Assembly: GCA_031412755.1 (NCBI GenBank)
Contig: JANODP010000191.1
Location: 2,454 to 66,453 of the forward strand
Source of the DNA: Schlesneria sp.
Lineage (GTDB): Bacteria; Planctomycetota; Planctomycetia; Planctomycetales; Planctomycetaceae
DNA: 64,000 bases
Direction: 5' to 3'
Shown here: positions 45,940 to 54,632 of the stretch, piece by piece
Layout of the letters: each line of letters opens with the position of its first letter
How positions within the stretch are numbered: the stretch's first letter is position 1
Position numbers and translations under genes: made by a program
Notes under the pieces: generated by a model
Seen by the model: only the letters and a program-made list of their open reading frames with translations
Database searches by the model: none
Told to the model about the DNA's origin: nothing

Positions 45940-46759
45940 ATTCTACCGTCTTCGAAATCACAGACTCACTGGCCAATAGATGCCTATGCCCGAGGCCCGT
46001 CGTCTCAAAGAACTCTGACTTAGGCCAAGACATCGCAACTGCTCGGCCTTCTTCGACTGGAACCTGCTCGTCTGAGATATCATGAATGATTGTGGCTGGA
46101 ATCTTCATGCGGGTGGCTTGAAAGACTGTCGAGAACTCGTTCCATACCCCTTCCCCGAAATCGTTCTCAAGCAACTGCCGTAGTGAGGACACAACCGAAG
46201 GGCTGTAACCAAACCGACAAGACACCTTGTCGGCCATCCCAGCGAACGTTGAGGGTGGCGCGAGGAGTACGGCATACCGTGCTGCGAGTCCACGGCGAAT
46301 TGCCAACGTGGCACAAGTCGATCCCAAAGAGTGCGCAACGACAGCATAGGGCTGACCGAAATGTTCCGCAAACCTCAGTAGTGCATCCGCCATCTGGCCA
46401 ATATCAGTCTTGCGTCCTGAGGACTTCCCATGAGCTGGCAGGTCAACTAGTACAGCTTGAAATCCATGGCCGACGAACGCCTTCACGAACTTTCGAAAGT
46501 CTCCAGAATGACCTCCCCAACCGTGAACAAAAAAAACCAATGCCCCTTGAGTGCCGGCATGTTGTGCAGACAACACTTCACGACCATGGGCAAAGGTAAT
46601 GTAGCGTGTCCCAGGAAGCGTTGTGTGATTGTTAAGAGCAGTGCGAGAGAATGCCGGACGGTACCATGCGTAATGAGCAACCCGAGCGCGCATTCCAGGG
46701 ATCAGATTCAAGAACCACATTAGTAGGGGTTTGGTCGAATTCCTGACAAGATTTTTCAT
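45893..46759 (-). CDS. Alpha/beta hydrolase (possible thioesterase)
   Basis: VHGWGG, AHSLG nucleophile, HDISD, GLGHR; overlaps the ligase start. Confidence 0.85.
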   Translation of the reverse strand: MKNLVRNSTKPLLMWFLNLIPGMRARVAHYAWYRPAFSRTALNNHTTLPGTRYITFAHGREVLSAQHAGTQGALVFFVHGWGGHSGDFRKFVKAFVGHGFQAVLVDLPAHGKSSGRKTDIGQMADALLRFAEHFGQPYAVVAHSLGSTCATLAIRRGLAARYAVLLAPPSTFAGMADKVSCRFGYSPSVVSSLRQLLENDFGEGVWNEFSTVFQATRMKIPATIIHDISDEQVPVEEGRAVAMSWPKSEFFETTGLGHRHLLASESVISKTVECVNRHRYERTTIEPP

Positions 46760-47282
46760 GGACGACCAGTCTTCAAACAGTGAACTCCTTCTTCAAGGAC
46801 GAATTTACCAGATTGGATTGGAAAATCCATCAAAGAGAGGAAAAGTTTGGCCATAGGCGTATTGTTGATTCCGTATTTTGAAGGGGATATCAGATTCGTT
46901 GTATCCTGCTTTGCACTAGAAAATACGCAACAAGGACGATGATTTTCGACGCCGCTCGGAAGTGGTTTTGGCAGACGTTACAGACGGCGCAGAGGATCTG
47001 GTTTTGATGTCGGAGGAACCCAAGAATCAGATACGAGCAGTTGCCAGAAGATCAATGCTCCCACATTGTCAGAATTGTGTCAGAGAAACCTTGGAAACGG
47101 CAGTAGTAGTAGTGTGTGGAGCGGACGGTCGCTCGCATTTCTCTCCAAACTCTTGTGCAGGTCCCGGTGTAGATTGGCTTCCGGCGGATTCAACCAATGA
47201 TCTACGGAACCGAAGTACGGAGTCTACTGGAAGACACTTTCATTTCTGGTTACGCCAACATCCGCCACGCGAAAACAAACGA

Positions 47283-47652
47283 TCATTCGTGGGGCCATGA
47301 AATCAACTGCTTCCTCTGCCAGGTGGCGATCAGTGAAAAGGGTGCCCAATGCCAAGGATGCGGGAGCATTTGCCGGGTAGAATTGAAAAGATACTCATAC
47401 TTGATTGTTTGAATGAAATTCTCCATGTGTCCATTCAAATTCGGCGAAGTCACCGGCAGGGGATTGGTCGTGATGCTTTTCTTCTTGAGCGTCGCGACGG
47501 AAGTCCTTGGTGAACTTCGTGTCCCTGTCATGCATCACGATGGACGGCTTTTCTGTTCGTACCGCAGTCTGCTGATTGAATGCGTCCGTTTGTTTCACTT
47601 CAAAGTTCGAATTTGGCTTTGGCAGGACGGGTGAAAATATGCCGCAAAGCAA
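47283..47652 (-). pseudogene. Frameshifted remnant of an rve-type (integrase core) transposase
   Basis: IVMHDRDTKFTKDF in one frame, LPVTSPNLNGHMENFIQTIKYEYL in another. Confidence 0.7.
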
Positions 47653-47658
47653 CTATCA

Positions 47659-47684
47659 CAAATCGGGGGGCAAATCGGGGGGCA
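47659..47684 (+). repeat. Putative integrase arm-binding site, right
   Basis: CAAATCGGGGGG x2 + CA, about 130 bp inside attR, same orientation as the left copy. Confidence 0.65.
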
Positions 47685-47812
47685 GGCTTGGACGTTCAAG
47701 TTCAATTTGAATAGAATGCGACTGCAACCCAGAACCATTGAATGCTTGTGTAATACATGGGCATTCAACGTGTTCCCAACGTTCCTCATATCCAAACAAG
47801 ATGAGCTTGAGC

Positions 47813-47922
47813 AGGTTCAGGACCTAGTTCCTTCACCGGAGTGCAGGTTCGATTCCTGTCCTGGGCATCTTGGTAACAAAGGACTTGGGGAAATGCTTCC
47901 CAAGTCTTTTTTCTTTTCGCTC
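47813..47922 (+). repeat. attR: 3' half of tRNA-Leu plus terminator
   Basis: 109/110 identity to 3225-3334; lacks the tRNA 5' half. Confidence 0.95.
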
Positions 47923-47976
47923 TTTCGTGAACCGCCGTGACTTGGGCGAGGGCATCAGTGGCGAACTTACAGCCGC

Positions 47977-48681
47977 ATGACCCTCGTCGATGCGGATACG
48001 TCTTCCGCGCGGCCCGAAGGGAATTCGGCCACCGACAAAGACTCGGAACCGGAACCAAAACAAAAACAAAAACAAAAGCAAAAGCCGTCCGCAACGACAT
48101 CCGGCGGGAATGACCGGCCGCAGCCCAACCGGCCGTCATTGACCGGCCCGTTGCAAACCTTCGTCGACCAGGGCCGCCCGGTCTCGGGCCGGATCGTCAC
48201 CGGCCTGAGCAAGGAACTCGGGTTCTCCTTGAAAGACGACGCCGCGTCAGTGGTCGCCGCGTACGACGCCCACCGCAAGAAGGCTCGAGGAACAGGTCAT
48301 CGCGGTCGACGTCGCTCCGGCTCAGGTCGTTGTGAGTTGTTACAGGAAATCACCGACAAGTGGCCGGAACTGGGGGACGCAAAGCACTGGGAAGAGTCCC
48401 CGTTGCTAAAGCCCGACAATCAGGAACATCGGTTGGCCGAGCTGAAACAACTCCCCGCTTGGGAGTCCTACAATCGACGTCGCCAGCAAGCCGTCGAGTC
48501 GGAGGAACTATCCGAGCGACACGAATTGCGCGAAGTCAAATTCCGCCGCCTCATCAACACGCTGGAATCGATCGTGCTGGAGAAACATCTCTCAAACGTC
48601 GCCGCTCCGAAAGTCGTCGAACGCTACCGGCAGTTGATTCGTCTGGAAGAATCAACACTTGGTTCGACGGAGAGCCGGTGA
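47977..48681 (+). CDS. Hypothetical protein with low-complexity N-terminus
   Basis: 234-aa ORF; (KQ)n from hexamer repeats at 48055-48084; helical C-terminus; may be a fragment. Confidence 0.5.
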   Translation: MTLVDADTSSARPEGNSATDKDSEPEPKQKQKQKQKPSATTSGGNDRPQPNRPSLTGPLQTFVDQGRPVSGRIVTGLSKELGFSLKDDAASVVAAYDAHRKKARGTGHRGRRRSGSGRCELLQEITDKWPELGDAKHWEESPLLKPDNQEHRLAELKQLPAWESYNRRRQQAVESEELSERHELREVKFRRLINTLESIVLEKHLSNVAAPKVVERYRQLIRLEESTLGSTESR

Positions 48682-48769
48682 ACTGTTCGTGACCGGGAGG
48701 CGAAAAGGGAAAGATGCCGTTTCTAGCAATTAACCACCGATTCGGATTTCTGACACCTTTATCTTCCTT

Positions 48770-50977
48770 CTATTGGGCAGCAGGAGTTGTGGCAATCAGC
48801 AGACGCTCCAGGCACTCGCGAGACTTTGGGATATCCAGCGCGTCCTGAGCGAACCCCTGCGCCAACAACTCGGGGGCAACGTAGCAATCCCACTTGCGAC
48901 GCTCGCAACTGCCGACGTTTTCAAGAAGCTGTTCCGGTGTGGGCGGCTGCTTGAGCAATTGTTGCACGCTGATTTGGAGTTCCGCCGTGGTACCGCTGAA
49001 GGTGAACGCGAGTTCAGAGGGTTGCGGCGTCGCGGCAACTTCCGCCCATGAAAACATCATTTCCAGCGTCGACATCACACGAGTGCCAGTCCAAGGAAAC
49101 CACATCAGGCGATGTAGGCCGCATGGAATCAAGTCCGATCGGTTGAGGCCAGCCTGAATGGCGACCTGCCGCGCCTCTGACAAGAGTCGCCTCGCAGTGG
49201 TATCGACGTAGGCTGGCATTGCGTCACTCAGCAACACCTCTTTCATCTTCTGGCGAATCCGCGGATCGATGTAGACCTTGCGGCTACAGGGAAATCGTGG
49301 CAACCTGCGACCGCCAGCAGGCTGCACGACTATCTCCTCGCGTTGATTGTCGACTTCAAGCACCTGCCAACGGCGGGCCGCAAGCAGGATGTGATCGCCG
49401 GGTTGAGGCACGTGCTCTGCGGACACTAGACCGATCAAGCGGCTGCCGTGCAGCACCCGAAACTCCGGTGGAGCCGCAAACGCCGCATAGAAATCGTAGT
49501 GCTGAACGAGCCGTTCTCCGGCCAAGCCCAGAATGAGCTGTCCTTCCGAACGCTGTTCGATCAAATCGTGCTGGGCCAGTCCTCGGAGAAACAACGCGAA
49601 CTGCGAGGGGTTCAGGAATCGAAATCCTCCCCGAGCGACCAGCCGCTCGTGCAGCGAGATGGCCGTGACGCCGCCCGTCTCCGCGATCAGACTCAACGTC
49701 TGCTGCACGAGTGTGCTTAGATCGAACGGCTGGACATTGGGCGACTCGACCCACCGCTCCAACATAAGTTCGGTGATGGCGATCGCCTGAAGGAGGTCCG
49801 GGTACAGCCGCTCGTCGAGATCGGTGCGGCCGTCGGGGCGATTCTCCATCACGAACATGCGCATCTGATGTGCTTCACCATCACGGCGGCCGCTCCGTCC
49901 TAATCGCTGGACAAGCGAACTGACGGAACTGGTTGGGCCGACCTGTCCCACCGCGCGCACGCTGCCGATGTCGATGCCTAGTTCCAAGCTGGAAGAGCAG
50001 ACCGTCGTGAATGGTCGGTCACCCTGCATCAACCGTTCAGTGTCTTCTCGCACGTCACGCGCCAGCGAACCGTGGTGAATCAGGAACTCTTCACCGGTCC
50101 CGTGCTGCCGCCCCATCTCGTTGAGCCGATCGGTGAGATCCTCGATAGATTTCTTGGAATTCCAGAAAATCAGGTTCTTCGTGCCGCGGAAATTCTCGTA
50201 GACATCCGCGAAAAAGCTGTGGGGAGGAAGAGGTTCGCCTTCGTCGTCTTGACCGTCTTCCTTCGCAGCCGGAACGCGTAGATAGGCGTGAATGCGGTAC
50301 TGGATTGCCTTGCTGCCGGAGTCATCGCGCAGGATTTGGACTCGCTCCGATTCATCTGGGCGCATCCACCGCGCGGCGGCGTCCAGATCACCGATCGTCG
50401 CCGACAGCGCCACCAGCCGCGGTTTCTCGACCGAGTGCCGCTCCAGTCGAAAGAGTTGGCTGCGCAGTTGCGTGCCCCGCTCGCTGCCGAGAAGCGCATG
50501 CAGTTCATCGATCACTACGAAGGACAGCGAATGGAAAACCCGCGCGAGCGCCTGGCTCTTGTTGATGAACAGCGCTTCGAGCGATTCCGGCGTGATCAAC
50601 AGCACGCCGCCCGGTCGTTCGAGCAACTGCCGCTTCTTGTTGCTGGGGACATCGCCATGCCAGCGATGCACGGGAATGTCGGCATATTCGCAGAGTTCTT
50701 CCAACCGGCGAAATTGATCGTTGATCAATGCCTTCAGCGGCCCCACGTAGAGCGCGCGAATGGACCCGGTGGGGGCTTCACAAATCTTTGACAGGATCGG
50801 CAGGAAGGCTGCCTCGGTCTTCCCGGATGCGGTGCGTGCAGCCAGGATGACGTCGCACTGCGTTTCGACAACGGCCCGGATGGCATCTTGCTGCAATGGG
50901 CGGAGCGATTCCCAACCCATCCGCCACAAGCTGCGGCGAATCGGTTCTGCCAGCAGTTCGTCGGCCGGGAGCGTCAT
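48770..50977 (-). CDS. sngC: Lhr-like DEAD/DEAH helicase (Shango SngC-like)
   Basis: TASGKTEAA, TPESLE, DELH, SAT, HHGSL, LELGIDIG, QRLGRSGR; ATG overlaps the ATPase stop. Confidence 0.85.
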   Translation of the reverse strand: MTLPADELLAEPIRRSLWRMGWESLRPLQQDAIRAVVETQCDVILAARTASGKTEAAFLPILSKICEAPTGSIRALYVGPLKALINDQFRRLEELCEYADIPVHRWHGDVPSNKKRQLLERPGGVLLITPESLEALFINKSQALARVFHSLSFVVIDELHALLGSERGTQLRSQLFRLERHSVEKPRLVALSATIGDLDAAARWMRPDESERVQILRDDSGSKAIQYRIHAYLRVPAAKEDGQDDEGEPLPPHSFFADVYENFRGTKNLIFWNSKKSIEDLTDRLNEMGRQHGTGEEFLIHHGSLARDVREDTERLMQGDRPFTTVCSSSLELGIDIGSVRAVGQVGPTSSVSSLVQRLGRSGRRDGEAHQMRMFVMENRPDGRTDLDERLYPDLLQAIAITELMLERWVESPNVQPFDLSTLVQQTLSLIAETGGVTAISLHERLVARGGFRFLNPSQFALFLRGLAQHDLIEQRSEGQLILGLAGERLVQHYDFYAAFAAPPEFRVLHGSRLIGLVSAEHVPQPGDHILLAARRWQVLEVDNQREEIVVQPAGGRRLPRFPCSRKVYIDPRIRQKMKEVLLSDAMPAYVDTTARRLLSEARQVAIQAGLNRSDLIPCGLHRLMWFPWTGTRVMSTLEMMFSWAEVAATPQPSELAFTFSGTTAELQISVQQLLKQPPTPEQLLENVGSCERRKWDCYVAPELLAQGFAQDALDIPKSRECLERLLIATTPAAQ

Positions 50978-52266
50978 AATTGAAACGTCGTGAGATTGTC
51001 TTCGGTCGCGGGATCTGCCGCAGGTGCGAACGGCTCGGCCTTCTTCGCTGCGATCAGATCTCTCCAAGACGTCGCCGGGTTCTGCTGAAGCACCTGCAAC
51101 AAGCCGACGAAATCTTTGACTGTGTCACGCGGTGTCTGAAAGTAGGCGGCTCCCATCCGTTGCTGGCACATTTCCAGATACTGGGGGAGCGCTTCGTCGG
51201 GCAAAACCCGCTTCGCGATGTCTCCTCCATCGAACACCTCGCGAATCTTGTGGAGCAACACGAAGCAATCCTCAGGCGTCAGGCTGTCCAGACAAATCAC
51301 CGGCGCGTTGAGGTCACGGCGATTGTCGGCGGCGAACCGATTCGGTGCCAAGCGCGTGGCGAGAGCTTCATAGCTGAAAATGCCCCGGCGCCGGTCTTCC
51401 AAACATTCGGGCGTGCCGGCGAACAGAAACCCGATGCCGGTGGCGCGTCCTTGCAGGCAATCATTGACGATCCGCAGTACCGCCTCGTAGTTGTTGTTGC
51501 GGGCGACGGTGTTGTTCAGGCGGTGGGACAACACGACCAGTTCATCTATGTTGACGAGCAAACCCGCAAACCCGGCCATACGGACGAAGCCCGCCAGCAG
51601 CTTGAGGTAGTCATACACCGAATCGTCGTCGATGATTGAACGCACACCCAAGTCTTCGCGTGCCGCAGTCTTGGTGGCGAATTCGCCGCGGAGCCAACGC
51701 AATGCGGCCTGTTGCAGCAGTTCGTTGTGCGCCACGAAGCCGTCGTAGTATTTGGCGATCACATTGGCGAAGTCGTAACCGCTCACCAGATCCTGCAGTG
51801 GCTTGAGGCGCTGCAGTACCTCGCGGCGAACGTCGTCTTCAGCGCCGCCGGTTTCGCGAACGGCATGGTCTACATCGCCCACCCACCGTTCTACCAGATT
51901 CGACAATGCGCCTCCTTCGGGACGGGAGCGAGTGGAGAGGTTCTTCGTTAATTCACAATACAAAGCCCGTGCTTGACCATTCGATCCATGTAGACGCCGC
52001 TCCGTCGTGATGTCGGCCTGCGCGACGACGAACTTGCGCTGCAGCGCTACGGTCCGCAGGAGGTTGAGAAAAAATGTCTTGCCACTGCCAAAGCGACCGA
52101 TGATGAAACGGCAGGCAGCGCCGCCGTCTGCAATGTGGTCCAGGTCGCGAACAAGCGCCTGCACTTCTTCATTACGGCCGACTTGGATGTGATGCAGACC
52201 AGTCGCAGGGACGACTCCCGCGGCCAAGGATTGAATGACGGCCGTACGCTCTCGGGGCGGAATCAT
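50974..52266 (-). CDS. sngB: DUF2791 P-loop ATPase (Shango SngB-like)
   Basis: SLAAGVVP..GL.HIQVGR, GRFGSGKTF, NIDELV. Confidence 0.85.
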   Translation of the reverse strand: MIPPRERTAVIQSLAAGVVPATGLHHIQVGRNEEVQALVRDLDHIADGGAACRFIIGRFGSGKTFFLNLLRTVALQRKFVVAQADITTERRLHGSNGQARALYCELTKNLSTRSRPEGGALSNLVERWVGDVDHAVRETGGAEDDVRREVLQRLKPLQDLVSGYDFANVIAKYYDGFVAHNELLQQAALRWLRGEFATKTAAREDLGVRSIIDDDSVYDYLKLLAGFVRMAGFAGLLVNIDELVVLSHRLNNTVARNNNYEAVLRIVNDCLQGRATGIGFLFAGTPECLEDRRRGIFSYEALATRLAPNRFAADNRRDLNAPVICLDSLTPEDCFVLLHKIREVFDGGDIAKRVLPDEALPQYLEMCQQRMGAAYFQTPRDTVKDFVGLLQVLQQNPATSWRDLIAAKKAEPFAPAADPATEDNLTTFQL

Positions 52267-52279
52267 CAGAACGAACTCC

Positions 52280-54478
52280 TCACGATAACAGTTGAGTTTG
52301 CACGAGGATCTCCGTATCCGAATCGACAAACAGCGCGTCCGGCAGCGTGTCGTAGGCCCATTCATTCACTGCTTCCAAGGCGGCTCCCAGCATCAACCCG
52401 TGGCTTTTGGCGAGGTCGTTGAGGGCGGACCGTGTCCAGACCTCCTGTCCCAATGCGGCCGTCGCAAAGGGCAAGAACCTATCAGACAACCCCTTGAGCC
52501 GGTGATCGCTTGCAGGAACAGATGGTGAAACGACGGGTTCGGAAGATGCTGGCTTCGTCCGCTCGACGACCAGCGGAGAGACAGGTATGACGGGTGACAA
52601 CTCCTCCGGCTCGTTCTCGAAGTCCTCGCGGAGCGCGTCGCGGAGGAATTCAGTGACCTTCGCCGTTTCTGCCATGATGGCGTTGATGCGAGCGAGATCG
52701 AGTTGGAAGCTGCCAGCTGGCATCCCATGTGTTGACGTCTCCGCTACGGGGGCCGCGACCGATTGCAGCAACCGATTCAACTCGGCGGCGTCAAGTCCCA
52801 GTGCCCTGTATGCTTTGCCAAGGGCTTTGACCTCCAGCGGTGCGATGACCTCGTCCGCGGCGGCAATGCCGACCAGAAACTCGCCGACCAGTCTCCGCTG
52901 TTCCACGCTCAGGTTTTTTTGCAGGGTACGCGCGGCCGAAAACTCTTGCGGCGGTCGCCGGGCCAAGAGGTATCGCAAGTGCGCCAGACGAGCTGCGTCT
53001 TGAGACGTGAGTTCGAACTGCGACTCCAGGTGCGATGTCAAACGTCCCAGTTCGATCTCGTCAATCTGGCCGTCCGCCGCAGCGATGGCAACGCCGAGTT
53101 CGAGCAGAGTCGCCGCCGCATGATAAGAGGCCACGTCGTCGCTGAGTTCCTCGGTAGCCGGGAACACGCTGACCAAATCGTCCCACGCATACGGCTGACC
53201 GGTGATTCGTGGATCGGGTTCTAGCGCCAGTCCCATATGAAGTGCCGTCGTTGCCAACTGCACCGAAAGCAACTTCGTCAGCTTCTTGCGTTCCGAAATG
53301 TTTTCGAGTTTGGCCAACTCAGAAACCGGCAACACAGTCCAACCATCATCTGTGACGAACTGGTTCATCACAGAGTACCACGCTTCAAAATGCGGATGGT
53401 CTCCCCTACGCAGGTTCTCCGGGAGTGCTTCGTACATGCCCGCAGTAAGTTCGGTACTTCCCCGCGCCTTGCGATGCGCACGGTCATACGCCGTCAGTTC
53501 ATCAATGCATTCGGTCCACATGTCAATCAGTGGTTGGAACTGCGCGGGCAATCCCAGCACATTGGGGACGCGTTCTTCGGATAGCGGGCCACCGCTGTCC
53601 TGGATGCGCCCGAGTGTTGCGCTGGCCGCAAAGTATTCAAGGCGACGTTCTCGCTTGCTCGCCGTGAGTTCCATCCCTTCCGGAAAGCGGTCCTGAAATC
53701 GCTTCTGAAACGCGGCTTCGTGCAGCTGCGCATGTCGTTGGGTAATCACGCTGCGCGGCGCGCGAACATCGTTGCCGGCGATCCGATATGCTAACCCCAC
53801 GGGCAATCGTATCCCCTGGTGTGCGAAACAAGCGAGGCACAGCGCGATCCCCTCTTCGCTCCAGTTCACCGAACGAGAGATTGCTTTCGCGAAAAGTTGT
53901 TTACTGAGCACGGCTCGTTTGGCGCTCAGCCACAATGTGGTCCATAGCAAGCCAGTGCCGTATCGCACAAAAGCCCGCGACTGGCGATAGACCTTGAGCA
54001 GTCGCAGCAACTCCGCCGCAACCGCGTCATGGTCCACACCATCGACGAGCACGCGGCGTTCGAGACCGTAGAAATAGATGAATACATAACCAATTGGAAC
54101 GTCTGAATCGATTCGTCCGCCAAGCAGCCAATCCAAATAGCGCGACCGCTGCTCTGGCGACGCAGCACGGTAACTGGGCCAGTAGGGCAGGTCCACTTCA
54201 GGAATGATGCCAGGTTGATCGACGGGCAGTGAGCTCTCGATCAACGACGCATCGGGCGTGCCGTCCGCTGTCCCTTTGCAAACGTAGACGAGTGGTGCAG
54301 CGATCTGCCCACGATGAAACTTGAGCGTGGTCCCCGGTCCATAGAATTTGGCGGTGCCAGTGCTCTTCGGCGTCCACAGCCGCTGCCACGACCGAAGACT
54401 TTCCGCTGTGGGCCTAACCGATGCAGGCGCAGAATTTGGCACCGCAGCGGAACCTCGGATTTCGACCAATGGATCCAT
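52280..54478 (-). CDS. sngA: TerB-N/TerB/TerB-C protein (Shango SngA-like)
   Basis: YWPSY…QRSRYLDWL…IGYVFIYFYGLERR; AADGQIDEIE; C-terminal MLGAALEAVNEWAYD. Confidence 0.85.
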   Translation of the reverse strand: MDPLVEIRGSAAVPNSAPASVRPTAESLRSWQRLWTPKSTGTAKFYGPGTTLKFHRGQIAAPLVYVCKGTADGTPDASLIESSLPVDQPGIIPEVDLPYWPSYRAASPEQRSRYLDWLLGGRIDSDVPIGYVFIYFYGLERRVLVDGVDHDAVAAELLRLLKVYRQSRAFVRYGTGLLWTTLWLSAKRAVLSKQLFAKAISRSVNWSEEGIALCLACFAHQGIRLPVGLAYRIAGNDVRAPRSVITQRHAQLHEAAFQKRFQDRFPEGMELTASKRERRLEYFAASATLGRIQDSGGPLSEERVPNVLGLPAQFQPLIDMWTECIDELTAYDRAHRKARGSTELTAGMYEALPENLRRGDHPHFEAWYSVMNQFVTDDGWTVLPVSELAKLENISERKKLTKLLSVQLATTALHMGLALEPDPRITGQPYAWDDLVSVFPATEELSDDVASYHAAATLLELGVAIAAADGQIDEIELGRLTSHLESQFELTSQDAARLAHLRYLLARRPPQEFSAARTLQKNLSVEQRRLVGEFLVGIAAADEVIAPLEVKALGKAYRALGLDAAELNRLLQSVAAPVAETSTHGMPAGSFQLDLARINAIMAETAKVTEFLRDALREDFENEPEELSPVIPVSPLVVERTKPASSEPVVSPSVPASDHRLKGLSDRFLPFATAALGQEVWTRSALNDLAKSHGLMLGAALEAVNEWAYDTLPDALFVDSDTEILVQTQLLS

Positions 54479-54632
54479 GACAGCCTGCTATTGCGGACAG
54501 CGGCAATCGATTCGATGCCTTAAGCATCATTCTGAACGAAAAGGAATCATTGCGACTTTTCGTTTTGAGTGTACACAGAGCTACTCTTCCGCGAAATCAT
54601 GGATTCCAGCGTGAACCATGCTCCCGCATCGC

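Larger units (their letters stand above)
3225..47922. mobile_element. tRNA-Leu-integrated ICE/IME-like genomic island (~44.6 kb)
   Basis: att direct repeats, adjacent tyrosine integrase, relaxases, coupling ATPases, primase, Rep, TA and defence cargo. Confidence 0.93.

Noticed and set aside
47813-47867. Second tRNA-Leu gene
   Set aside because: The 5' acceptor strand and D-arm are missing; it is the attR half-copy
48055-48084. (CAAAAR)n tract as a phase-variation switch
   Set aside because: The hexamer unit preserves the reading frame; it only varies a KQ linker
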